A stretch of DNA of 64,000 nt from contig OZ024743.1 of assembly GCA_964016885.1 (NCBI GenBank), positions 152,210,001-152,274,000 on the forward strand. The letters run 5' to 3'. Origin of the DNA: Eledone cirrhosa. Lineage: Eukaryota. Both the position numbers and the translations under genes were made by a program. The notes beneath the pieces were generated by a model. That model searched no databases. It had not been told where the DNA came from and saw nothing but the letters and a program-made list of their open reading frames with translations. Numbering within the stretch: position 1 is the first letter of the stretch; each line of letters begins with the position of its first letter. Shown here piece after piece: positions 14,148 to 24,908 of the stretch.

Positions 14148-14500
14148 TCGTTTTTTAATTTGTTTTGCAAGATTTCTTATCTGAAAACGTGTGTTGAAAC
14201 AGATATTGTTATACTTCAGGAGGGTCATGCTGCCAATAAAATCACATGCACCTGTTGGTTTTCACTTCAATTTATTATCAATTTCCAGTTAGTTAGTTCA
14301 ATAACAAGGTTGTTTATATATTGTCAAAGCTTTTTCATCATACATTCTGTGACCTCCTTAGTGAATAGGTTTTTATTTTGTTTCTCTCCTTTATTCTGTC
14401 CTACACCATCTTGATTTTGTGTGTTGTGTGCGTAGTTTGTATATTTACATATACACATAAATGCATATACATATATACATATCTAAATGCATATACATAT
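14148..14500 (-). mobile_element. Penelope-like pLTR fragment (same family as 28830-29580)
   Basis: Shares gatattgttatact...gagggtcatg..gccaataa and cattctgtgacctc..agtga with the 28.8-29.1 kb element; decayed hammerhead at about 14322-14365. Confidence 0.65.
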
Positions 14501-14611
14501 ACAGGAAAATATAAGAGTATATATAAAGTAATGTAAGTGTTAAAGGGTTAAATAAAAAGGACAGGAGTTAGACTTATTTTTCAGAATAAGTCTAACTCCT
14601 GTCCTTTTTAT

Positions 14612-14827
14612 TTAACCCTTTAACATTTACATTACTCTATATATACTATTATATTTTCATGGTAAAGGCTTTATCTCACATAATATCGAATCTATGATAT
14701 TTAGATATTATTTATTTTGAGAACCATACTTTAATGTCAGTATGAGCGGCCAGTTACAGCCATTTTGAACAGAAAGAGGTGAGAGAATTCTGGCCGGATA
14801 TTGCCGGTTTAAATGCTAAAGCGTTAA
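14612..14827. mobile_element. piggyBac-type MITE
   Basis: TTAA at both ends; TIR ccctttaacattta...taaatgctaaagcg; second copy at 41260-41480. Confidence 0.75.
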
Positions 14828-14879
14828 ACAACACATCAAGTTCAAACAAAACTGTTTCCACTATCAGATGAGGTAAAGG

Positions 14880-15350
14880 CAAGTGCTGACACTTTAAAAC
14901 CAGTGCTCTCAACAGATGGAGCATGTCAGTCTGTGAATTCAGTCTATCAAGAGACAGAAAACACTGATTGTAAACCTCTGCTGTCTTGTAGCTATACTTA
15001 CTGATGGAAAGTCTTTGGGAATAAAACCTGGCGGAAAATCAGGAGTCCAAGCTTCTAAGGGAGTCTGAGTCTGATCTCATCATCATTTTTGGCAACTTCT
15101 GCAACAACACCAGTGCTAAGTTGTTTCAGCCTTTGCTATTCCCTTGGAAAATATTGGTGGTGTGGAGAGGGCAAACTTGCTACATGGACAACTACTGGTC
15201 TCTCATACTAACCCTACCTAGGATTGTACCCTGGAAGGGGTACTACAGCATTGACTCATTGCAAAATGTTACTGGTTATAAACCTGCACTTGACTGGCAT
15301 TGAGCAAGGTAACAATGGCTACTTTCAATGGCGGGAGAGGATAGTATGTA
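14880..15350 (+). mobile_element. Old RTE-type 5' UTR relic
   Basis: gaaaacactgattgtaaacctctgctgtcttgtagctatac...gggaataaaacc resembles 5' leaders of RTE/Bov-B-like elements (recalled from memory, not searched). Confidence 0.4.
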
Positions 15351-17087
15351 TGCTCATCTATAACAGAGTTTGTTTCATCCTTTTGAGAATTCAGTATATA
15401 TTTCATAACTGTGCACATTAATCTTGATAGACTTAAAAATAAACCTTTTCAAAAGTCCAGTATCAAAGAATATGACGAACTTTCATTTTATTGATTTGTT
15501 GAATTACATGCCAGAAGATGCATATTAAACAACATAGCTTGTTTCCTTTCAAAGACTGGTTGTTCAGCCATTAGAATCCTGAAAGCTAGATGAATACAAC
15601 TTTGGAGAATGCTTTTAAAGTTAGAGGTTACAGTTATAATATATACCATCACTGCTAAGATAACCTGTTTTGGGATCTTGCAGTATAATTTATTTTTTCT
15701 CATTATTGTAAGATTATTTATTTTAGTCCTTTGATCCTACTTTCAACTATGACATTGATACCAATATAAAGTGGTCACTTTCAACATCTGTACCACTCTA
15801 ACTTCTGACATCCTCAACAATTTTCTGTATTTGATGATTATAGTGATATGAGCAATCCCTAACACAGTGACTACAATACACATTTCTGGATATCTTTATT
15901 TTTCCGCAGCATACTATCAGTGATATATGTGATATATGTGTTGTGATATGTAGAAACCTGGAAATCATAGCTCAATCTTCTCCATCTCTTCAGAATCATA
16001 TATTAGACTTGAATTTTGCCAACAAGAATTTTTCACAAATTTTGCTGCAACTAATAGTCAGTCAAATTATTTATATACTTTTGGCCATGTTTTAATAAGG
16101 TAAAATAAAATTTTCTTTTTAAAAATTGAATATTACAGAAAACAAATGAAGCAATTTAAAGGAAGCTCTTGACATAACTAAATTCTTTTCATCAATTAAT
16201 TTCATCAGTTCTTTTACTTTTATAATGCCAAGGATTTTTTAGTGGATTAGTCAGTTATTAAACGATTTTGGTTTTTCTCTATCTCTATCCTATTTGGTGT
16301 TGGTGCTATCATCATAAGTCCCTATTCATTAAAACTTTCATTTGTTTAGGGCAAATATGGTTAAGGAGTTCACTTTACAACAATGTGGTTTTGTTTCAGC
16401 CACTATGTGGTACCATGTGTAAGTGTTTCTTACAATAGCCTTGGATTGCCAAATGACTTGTGACTGAATTTGGTCAATGGAAACTGGGGAGAAGCGCAAT
16501 TGTATGTGTATGTATCTATATAAAAATATAAATATATATATATATGTATATGTGTGTGTGTGTGTGTTTACACTAATTAACAACTGATACTGTTTCCTTA
16601 TGTCCTGTGACATAGCAATATGTCAAATAGAGATCAATAAAATAAACATCAGGCTTTAAAAAGAAGTAGCAATTCTTTCACAGCATAGTCAATGTTAGTC
16701 ATTTGCAGCAAGTGCCCATTAATGGTCTTCACAAATCAGTTTAATTAAGGACACCCATCCTAGTGCCTGACCTTTCTTGCTTGCTTTTCCTTGCTCTCTC
16801 TAATTAGATGTTGGCCATTAATTGTACTACTTACTAAATATATACAGCCATATAGCAATATTGAATTATGATAATAAAAGAACAGAAATTATCAACTCGG
16901 TTTATCTCATGAAAACCATCTTACATACCTACTATTAACTATATTATATGTTCCATGAAGGCAATTTATTATTGATAATGATTGTTTACTTAATAATTAT
17001 TGATATTATTCATCATATTTAGACACAACTCATGATTGGAATGAAAATATGAGTTGTTTGATAAACTGTATATATGTTTAATTATTA

Positions 17088-17277
17088 ATTGTTTCTACTT
17101 TTAGGCACAAGGCCAGCAAATTACCCAGTGCATTACTGGTACTTTATTTTATCGACCCCGTAAGGATGAAAGGCAAAGTCAACCTCGGCGGGATTTGAAC
17201 TCAGATCATAAAGGGACGTAACTATGCTGGAAAGCATGGCGTCCGACCCTCTACCGATACTGCCAATCCACCACCCT
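17088..17277 (-). mobile_element. Young family-A SINE
   Basis: Reverse complement near identical to 30822-31012. Confidence 0.85.
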
Positions 17278-17299
17278 GTTTAATTATTAATACAAGATA

Positions 17300-17672
17300 G
17301 TTAGTGACAGGAAGAGCAATCAGCCCTGAAGGACTTGCCAAACAAAGGGTTGGAAGGGCCCTTCAGTCATGCCAGGGACATGACGGCCTCACTAGTGTTG
17401 GAAACCCACATGATAAATGCACCCAGTACATACTGTAAAGTGGTTGGTTATAGGAAGGGCATCAGCCATAGAAAGCTTGCCAAAAAAGGGGTTAGGAGAA
17501 CCCATCAGTTTGTGTCAAAGACATGACAACCTGTCCTGGTAGAATGTGAGACCATACATAAGTGAGACACAGATCCCTGGCCTATCTGGGAGATCAGTAG
17601 CCCCACTTCAGTACTAACTTGGTGTATCTAAACCAATCCAGCCCCTGATAGCAGGGATAGAGGACATTAAAA
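17300..17672 (+). mobile_element. Old RTE-associated 3' repeat with a duplicated aggaagggcatc domain
   Basis: Two related units; homologous copy at 24480-24908. Confidence 0.5.
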
Positions 17673-17804
17673 CAATAATCATTATTTCGACTCAAAAGTA
17701 TTGTAAACTGGTATCTGATATAAGATTCAATTGCTATCTGGAGAAGTTGAATAGTTATTCAATTTTCTCGCAAATATTTTTGAAAGGAAAGGAAAATGGA
17801 GCGT

Positions 17805-20522
17805 CATCATCTTCACCGTTTTACGTCCGTTCTTCCATGCTAGCATGGGTTAGACGGGTTGTCCTGTTGTGGGCAGTGTCTGGTCGGCTGACCATGCCTT
17901 GCTCATACAGGAACTGATTTTGGCTTGATTTCTATAGCTGGATGCCCTTCCTAACACCAACCTCATTTACAGTGAGTGCTGGGTGCTTTTTTCCGTGGCA
18001 CCTACACATCCACTTTACAGTGTGGGCTGGGTGCTTTTTTGCCATGGCACCTCCACGACCACTTTGCAGTGGGAGGTGTGGGGGCATATTGTCTATATGC
18101 TTCAGCTTCGGCTTGTACCCATGGGAGGTCGGGTACTCTGTATTACTGCGTGACGCCAGAGGTCACGGTCCTGTGTCATCGCCTTTGAGAGGTGTAATTG
18201 GGTAAGGTCAGCTTTTATCACCTCATCCCAGGTCTTCTTGGGTCTCCCCACTCCGCTGTTTCCATTGACTTCTAGTGCTCTGCACCTTTTTATGCAGCTG
18301 TCATCCTTCATACGCATCACATGTCCGTACCATCGCAACTGCCTCTCCTGCACACAGCATTTGATTCCTCTTATGCTCAGTCTCTCTCTCAATTCATTTA
18401 TGCTTTGCCGTTCGCGTATACACATCCATCGGAGCATGCAAGCTTCGTTTCTTTCTAATCTATGTAGATCTTCCACCTTCAGCGCCCAGGTCTCACTACC
18501 ATGTAACATTGCTGTTCGTATACACACATCATACAGTCTGCCTTTCATTCTGAGGGAGAAGCCTTTTGCAGCTAGCAGTGGCAGTAGTTCCCTGAACTTC
18601 TTCCATCCCGTTCTTACTCTAGTTATTGTAATCTCTGAACACCCACCTCCGCTGCTAATTCGGTCCCCTAGGTAGCAGAAGCTGTCTACTGTTTCTACAG
18701 AGCCCTCCCAGAGATTGGTGGTACTTGTTTCCTGTGGCTGTTTGCGGCTTGCTGTCCCAGCACAGCTGCTACATGTGAAGCCTACATTCTTAATTAAGCT
18801 TCCTGAGATCCCACTACATCTTGTGTACCCATTGTTTGCATTTGGGGAAGAGAATGGAGTTCCTACCTACACCTTTCCTACATACTGAGCAAGGCCATTT
18901 CCCTGAGGGGATCTGGGTTCTGTTTTCTCGTCTACTTACAAGGACCTTAGTCTTTGTCAGGTTGACTTTGAGACCTTTTCTTTCTAGTCCCTACTTCCAA
19001 GTTTGGAATTTCTTCTCTAGTTCTACCATAGATTCAGCTATAAGTGCGAGGTCATCTGCATACAGGAGTTCCCATGGGCATCCAGTCTTAAACTCCTCCG
19101 TTATTGCCTGCAGGACTATGATGAACAGGAGAGGGCTAAGAATGGAGCCCTGGTGGACACCGACCTGTACGCTAAATTCCTCGCTATACTCATTGCTAAT
19201 CCTAACTTTGCTGACTGCTCCCCTATACATGGCTTGTACAGCTTTCACAAGCCATTCATCTACTAGTTTTCTAAGAACCCACCAGATTATAGCACGTGGA
19301 ACTCTGAAAGCTGACTTGTACTGCTGGCCCCTCTATAGGGTCTACTTGGGGTAGGGTCTCTTCTTTCCATGCATTCTCCTCATTTAGTAATGTATCATAA
19401 TGACTCTTCCACGCATCTTTCTTCTCAGCACTTGTGAGGGCAAGCTCACCTTTATCATTCCAGATACACTTCTCTCCAATGACATCACAATTCTCTCTGA
19501 CACACTGCCTCGCATTCTTGAACACCTCGTGTTTCTGCTCCTCACGTTGCAAAACATGCTTGAATTTTCTATCATCTGCTTCCCTCCTAGCTAAGTATAC
19601 TTGTCGCCTAGCTTCCCTCCTGGTCTCTATGTAATGTACCCTGCTTCCCCCATTCTTCCATTCTTTCCATGCCTGTCCCTTGGCCTTAACTGCCTCATCT
19701 ACCTTATTGTTCCACTACCAAGTCACTCTCCTCCTGCCTATGGTCTTACTCCAGCCACAGATCTCATCCGTCGCCTCTAGTAAGTTATTTTTTAGGAATT
19801 CCCAGTGCTCTTCTACATTGAATGTCTCTATCTGTTCTTCATTACTGTCGTAGGCGTTGAGTAAAATATCTTTAAATCTGTTACTGGCTGAGGAGTCTTT
19901 CAGCTTCCAGATCTTTCTTCTCCAGGTTGGCCTCTGTTTCCAGGTTCATCTAGTTCTGACCGTGAGGTCGCTGACAACTAAGCTACATTGGGAGGTACAT
20001 TCCTCACTAGGGAAGGCTTTTGTGTTTATGACCGTCCATCTCTCACGTCCTCTGATGAGGATAAAATCTATCTGACTAGAATGCTCCCCTGATCTATAGG
20101 TGATCATGTGGTTGTCGGGTTTTTTAAAGTTTGTGTTACATATCGACATGTCATTGGCGTCGCAGAATTCTAGAAACCTGAATCCTTCTTCATCCCTTGT
20201 GCCAACCCCATGGCTTCTATTGAAGCCGTCACAGTGTTTACCTACGTGTCCGTTAAAATCTCCTGCAAAAAAATCAACTGTCATTGTTGTTTGTTAGAGC
20301 AGTAGTGTGCATTAGGGACTCGTAAAACCTATCCTTAAGTTCGTCGGGCAACCCCTATTGGGGTGCGTAAGCTGATATTATTGTGGTAATTGTTTTATTC
20401 AGGACTAGTCTGAGTTTAATGATTCTTGCATTCACCCTGTTCACTGAGATTACTTTATCTACCCACTTGTCAGCTAATAGAATACCTACACCACCCATCC
20501 TATCGTCATTTCCCACCCAGAA
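17805..20522 (-). mobile_element. Older RTE LINE, 5'-truncated in the APE domain, with an internal deletion
   Basis: Minus-strand ORF pieces: KFFWVGN..GVGIL, AYAPQ, AGDFNGHVG, SQIDFIL (APE); VHQGSILSP, LYADDL (RT); GRPKKTW. A deletion near 19305 joins EGPAVQV to RVPR. Tail at 17805. Confidence 0.93.
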
Positions 20523-20540
20523 AAATTTATATATATATAT

Positions 20541-22518
20541 ATAGTTGCTGAGATGCTGAAGGCATCTGGTATGGTGGGACACACCATGGTCACCTGGATA
20601 GTTAACCAAGTCGTACAGAATGGGGTTGTTCCGAAGGACTGGCGTAGCAGCATCATCGTTAACTGTTATAAGGGTAAAGGAGATGACCTAGATAGGAGTA
20701 ACTATAGAGGCATTAAATTAATCGACCAGGTCATGAAGGTCACGGAAAAAGTAATAGCGCAACTAATCAGAGAGAGAATTGATCTAGATGAAATGCAGTT
20801 CGGGTTTGTATCAGACAAAAGTACCACAGATGCTCTTTTCATTGTACAACAACTACAGGAGCAGTACCTAACTAAAAGTAAACCCCTATACTTAGCTTTT
20901 GTCGACTTGGAGAAAGCCTTCGACAGAGTCCCCCGTTCCATTATCTGGTGGGCTCTTAGAAAACTAGGTGTTGACGAATGGCTTGTGAGAGCTATACAAG
21001 CCATGTATAAAGAAACAGTCAGCAAGGTTAGAATTAACAACGAATATAGTGAAGAGTTTAGCGTAAAAGTTGGCGTCCATCAGGGCTCTGTTCTCAGCCC
21101 CCTACTATTTATTATTGCCCTTCAGGCTATAACAGAGGAGTTCAAGACCGGCTGCCCATGGGAACTTCTATACGCAGATGACCTAACACTCATAGCTGAA
21201 TCAATGGCTGAGCTAGAGAAGAAATTCCAAACATGGAAGCACGGCCTAGAATCAAAAGGCCTTAAAATTAACCTGGCTAAGACCAAAGTTCTAGTTTGTA
21301 GGAAAGAAAATAAGGTGGCAGTCCCTTCCAGGAAGTGGCCATGCTCAGTGTGTAGGAAAGACGTAGGTAGAAACTCCATTTTGTGTCCCAAATGCAAAGT
21401 ATGGGTGCATAAAAGATGTAGTGGGATCACAGGTAAGCTAACTAAGAACATAGATTTTACATGTGGCCAGTGCTCTGGTGCAATAAGTAGCAGCAAGTGC
21501 GCACAAAATACTAGTTCTTTCAACTGCGCAGAGGGTTCTATAGAAATAGTGGACAGCTTCCGTTACCTGGGTGACAAAATCAGCAGTGGGGGAGGGTGCT
21601 CTGAAAGTACAGTAGCTAGAGTCAGAACTGGATGGAAAAAGTTCAGAGAGCTTATACCACTATTAGCCGCTAAAGGGTTCTCCCTAAAAATGAAAGGCAG
21701 GTTGTATGATGCCTGCATACGAACAGCAATGTTGCATGGCAGTGAGACCTGGGCATTGTGTGCAGAGGATATACGCAGACTGGAGAGGAACGAAGCTTGC
21801 ATACTCCGCTGGATGTGTAATAGTAATATACGTGAACGGCAAAGCATAAACGAACTAAGGAAAAAATTAAAAATAAGAGGGATCAGATGTTGTTTACTCG
21901 AGAGAAGGCTACGTTGGTATGGTCACGTGATGCGCATGAAAGACGATAGTTGTATAAAAAAGTGCAGGGCAATAAAGATAGACGGTAGCCACGAAATAGG
22001 CAGACCCAGAAAAACCTGGGACGAGCTGATAAATTCCGACCTCACACACTTACACCTCTCCAAGACAATGTCACTGGACCGAGACCTTTGGCGGTACTCA
22101 GTAATAGAGAAGACCCGCCTTACCTAAATACAAAGTAAAACCTACTACATCAGTAGGCATCTCTAACAAAATACACCCCCGTCCCACCACCCCCACCCCA
22201 TCCACACCGCCCCTTTCAATGTAAAGTTATGTTGGTGCCACAACATCCAGGCCAAAACAAATGAGATCGTGTAGGTGTCACGACAAAAAACACACAGTCC
22301 ACGCTGTAATGTGGCCGTGTAGGCAACACGGTAAAAACCTCCCAGCCCCACACTGTAAATGTGGTTGGTGTTAGGAAGGGCATCCAGCTGTAGAAAACCC
22401 GCCAGACAGTCCTATGCGAGCAAGACAATCACTCTTGCCTCAAGTGGGAAAACCCCCGTCCAAACCCATGCAAGCGTGGAACACGGACGTTAAACGTTGA
22501 TGATGATTATGATGATGA
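20541..22518 (+). mobile_element. Young 5'-truncated RTE LINE
   Basis: Starts in (TA)n, has an uninterrupted ORF to the stop at 22127, a 3' UTR and a (gat)n tail running into (TA)n. Confidence 0.97.
20553..22127 (+). CDS. RTE reverse transcriptase ORF (N-truncated; RT + internal PHD finger + C-terminal domain)
   Basis: NYRGIKL, QFGF, AFVDLEKAFDRVPR, GVHQGSVLSPLLF, LYADD, C4HC3 finger, [15 protein letters not shown]. The start is a truncation artefact and there is no APE domain. Confidence 0.9.
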   Translation: MLKASGMVGHTMVTWIVNQVVQNGVVPKDWRSSIIVNCYKGKGDDLDRSNYRGIKLIDQVMKVTEKVIAQLIRERIDLDEMQFGFVSDKSTTDALFIVQQLQEQYLTKSKPLYLAFVDLEKAFDRVPRSIIWWALRKLGVDEWLVRAIQAMYKETVSKVRINNEYSEEFSVKVGVHQGSVLSPLLFIIALQAITEEFKTGCPWELLYADDLTLIAESMAELEKKFQTWKHGLESKGLKINLAKTKVLVCRKENKVAVPSRKWPCSVCRKDVGRNSILCPKCKVWVHKRCSGITGKLTKNIDFTCGQCSGAISSSKCAQNTSSFNCAEGSIEIVDSFRYLGDKISSGGGCSESTVARVRTGWKKFRELIPLLAAKGFSLKMKGRLYDACIRTAMLHGSETWALCAEDIRRLERNEACILRWMCNSNIRERQSINELRKKLKIRGIRCCLLERRLRWYGHVMRMKDDSCIKKCRAIKIDGSHEIGRPRKTWDELINSDLTHLHLSKTMSLDRDLWRYSVIEKTRLT

Positions 22519-24479
22519 TATATATATATACATTGTTTTGAAAATACGTTTATTTGAAATTTTTAGTTTTATGATGAATCTTAAGTTCTATTTTAGAAGA
22601 TAAGTATTTAAAGATATACCATGTATATGTGTGGAGACGTTGCACTGGTAGATGCATCACACCTCTATTTTATATGCAACATTTACAATCTACTTTTTAT
22701 TTTGAATCAAGGTTTTGTAGGTCCAGTAGATAAATTGTATGCTTGTTTTTCACATCGTGTTTTTATGGAAAAAAGTGCAACTTATATACAGGCATATAGG
22801 GTAGTTTGTTTTAATTGAAGGATTTGTGAGAAAACATCAGCTGAAATTAGGTTACAATGTAAAACACTCAATAAAAAAGAGTATTTTAAAATCTCTCATT
22901 TTGCTTTGAAGATGCTTTGACAATAAACATGTATTTATGTTATGAATTTATGTTATGACTTTATATATTTTTTGAGATTTCAACAGAATATTTTAAAAGA
23001 ATATCATGTGGAATAGTTGTATCTATTTATAAAAGAATATTACTGCTACTGAACATTTATATTCTGTAATTTAAATGAATATCTTATTCTAAATTTATTA
23101 TCTCAAGAAATTCTTCCTTAAAGAAATATCAACTTGGTTGTCTGTAATCATATTGCTGCCACATTCCAATAAATACTTGTGTAAATTTAGACATTTTTAT
23201 ACTATGGTAGTTACATTTTAAGCCAACACAGATGTTAATGGTATTATGTTAATATCAGTGTCAACAGAAGAATTCTAAGAGATTTCGGATTGCAGATGAA
23301 AATAAAGTTAGCTTGATCATGACTGGCAAAAGAGCTCTCATAAAGATAAATACAGATAAATAATTTTGATTCTTTATTTATGGAGAAGCCCTATTAATGA
23401 ACATTTTGTTTAAATATCATAGATCAATCATTTCAAACAAAAGTTTTGACTTGAAATCAAAGGTTAAAAACAGCTTAACATAAAGGAATTCTAAAATCTA
23501 TAATGAAATACCAAATTTTTTCCCATTCGCTAAAAATGAAGAACATATGTAACTCTACTGAGTTTTGTTCATATCTGTGTACATCAGTTAAAATATTGCA
23601 TGATATCAAAAGCTGTATAAGATTAGCTTTTAGAAATATGGCTATTCATTACATTCTTGGAGTTAATGGCATTGACATATCTCCAAACAGGTCATTTGAG
23701 AAATAATTGCAGAATCGTCTTTTCTGAAAAGTACCAGTCACTCACATGTGACAGCCATACCAAAAGAACAAAGGTTATATTGAGAAAGCTGAGAACATAC
23801 AAACATGACTCCTGACTTCAACATTTATGGCAGCACTTCATGGAAACACTGTAAATCCCAGAGATACAAGGTAAATGTAATAATTTCCTCATCAAAAGTT
23901 CTCTATAACAGCCTAAACAGTATTTCATGTGGATTTCATGCTGAGAATGTAATTTTGAATACTTATCTAGCCTAATTTGATATGCATTACTAGGCCTATT
24001 TTGATTTGCATTACTAGATATGATTACAATTATTGACTGAAAAAGTATTTTCCTACTAATGATGCAGAAAACTGTTTTATTAATGGGTTCTTGAGTTAGT
24101 ATGTTATTATGAGCAAACTGGAAGAAATAGTTATAATCAACTTACTAGTCACAACCATGTGTTGAATCTCATCCAACTGAGTCATATCTGTATTCATGTA
24201 TTGAAATATTTAACTAGTTTATGCAATAGGGGATGATTTATTGAGAGAACTAATTTAGTGACACAACATTACATTTCTGTAGCATTTAGAATTTTTATTC
24301 AAGTATACTTTTTATATCACAGTCATTCCCTTTCTCCTTCCCATACATATCACTATGTCAAATCATACCACACTTGCAATACATCCATAAATTCATACAT
24401 ATGTTCTTTCACCTAATGCATCCTCAACTCCACAGAGGACAGAATGCTCTAGAGTTGGAACTATAACCAACAGTCTTTC

Positions 24480-24908
24480 TCGTGTTAGTGCCACGAAAAT
24501 GCACCCAGTACACCCAATAACGTGGTTGACAATAGTAAGGGAACTCCACTGTAGAAACCATGCCTAAAATGGTTGAGAGGACCATTCAGTTGCATCAACG
24601 GTGTGAAAACCTCTCTAGGATTGGTGATCTACACAGTAAATGCACTCAGAATATGTTGTAAAGTGGTTGGTGATAGGAAAGGCATTCAGCTGAAGAAGGC
24701 TTGCCAAACAAAGGGTGAAGAGGACCCTTCAGTTATGTCAAAGACATGGCAACCTCTCTAGTGCTAGTGCCATGATAAAATGCACTTGGTGGAATGTGGG
24801 ACTATATGTAAACGAGAAGCAGACACCTGCTTTAGTACTAACTGATTCTGTGAAGATTTGTCCAAACATTGCTAGCAGAGAAAGCAGACATTAAATGATG
24901 ATCATGAT
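24480..24908 (+). mobile_element. Old RTE-associated 3' repeat (homolog of 17300-17672)
   Basis: Shared gtcaaagacatg.caacct, gtggttgg..ataggaa and gaatgtg.gac segments; gat tail. Confidence 0.5.

Noticed and set aside
18238-19634. Long plus-strand ORFs (145 and 177 aa) and similar antisense ORFs over the other RTEs and the mariner
   Set aside because: Shadow frames opposite transposon coding sequence.
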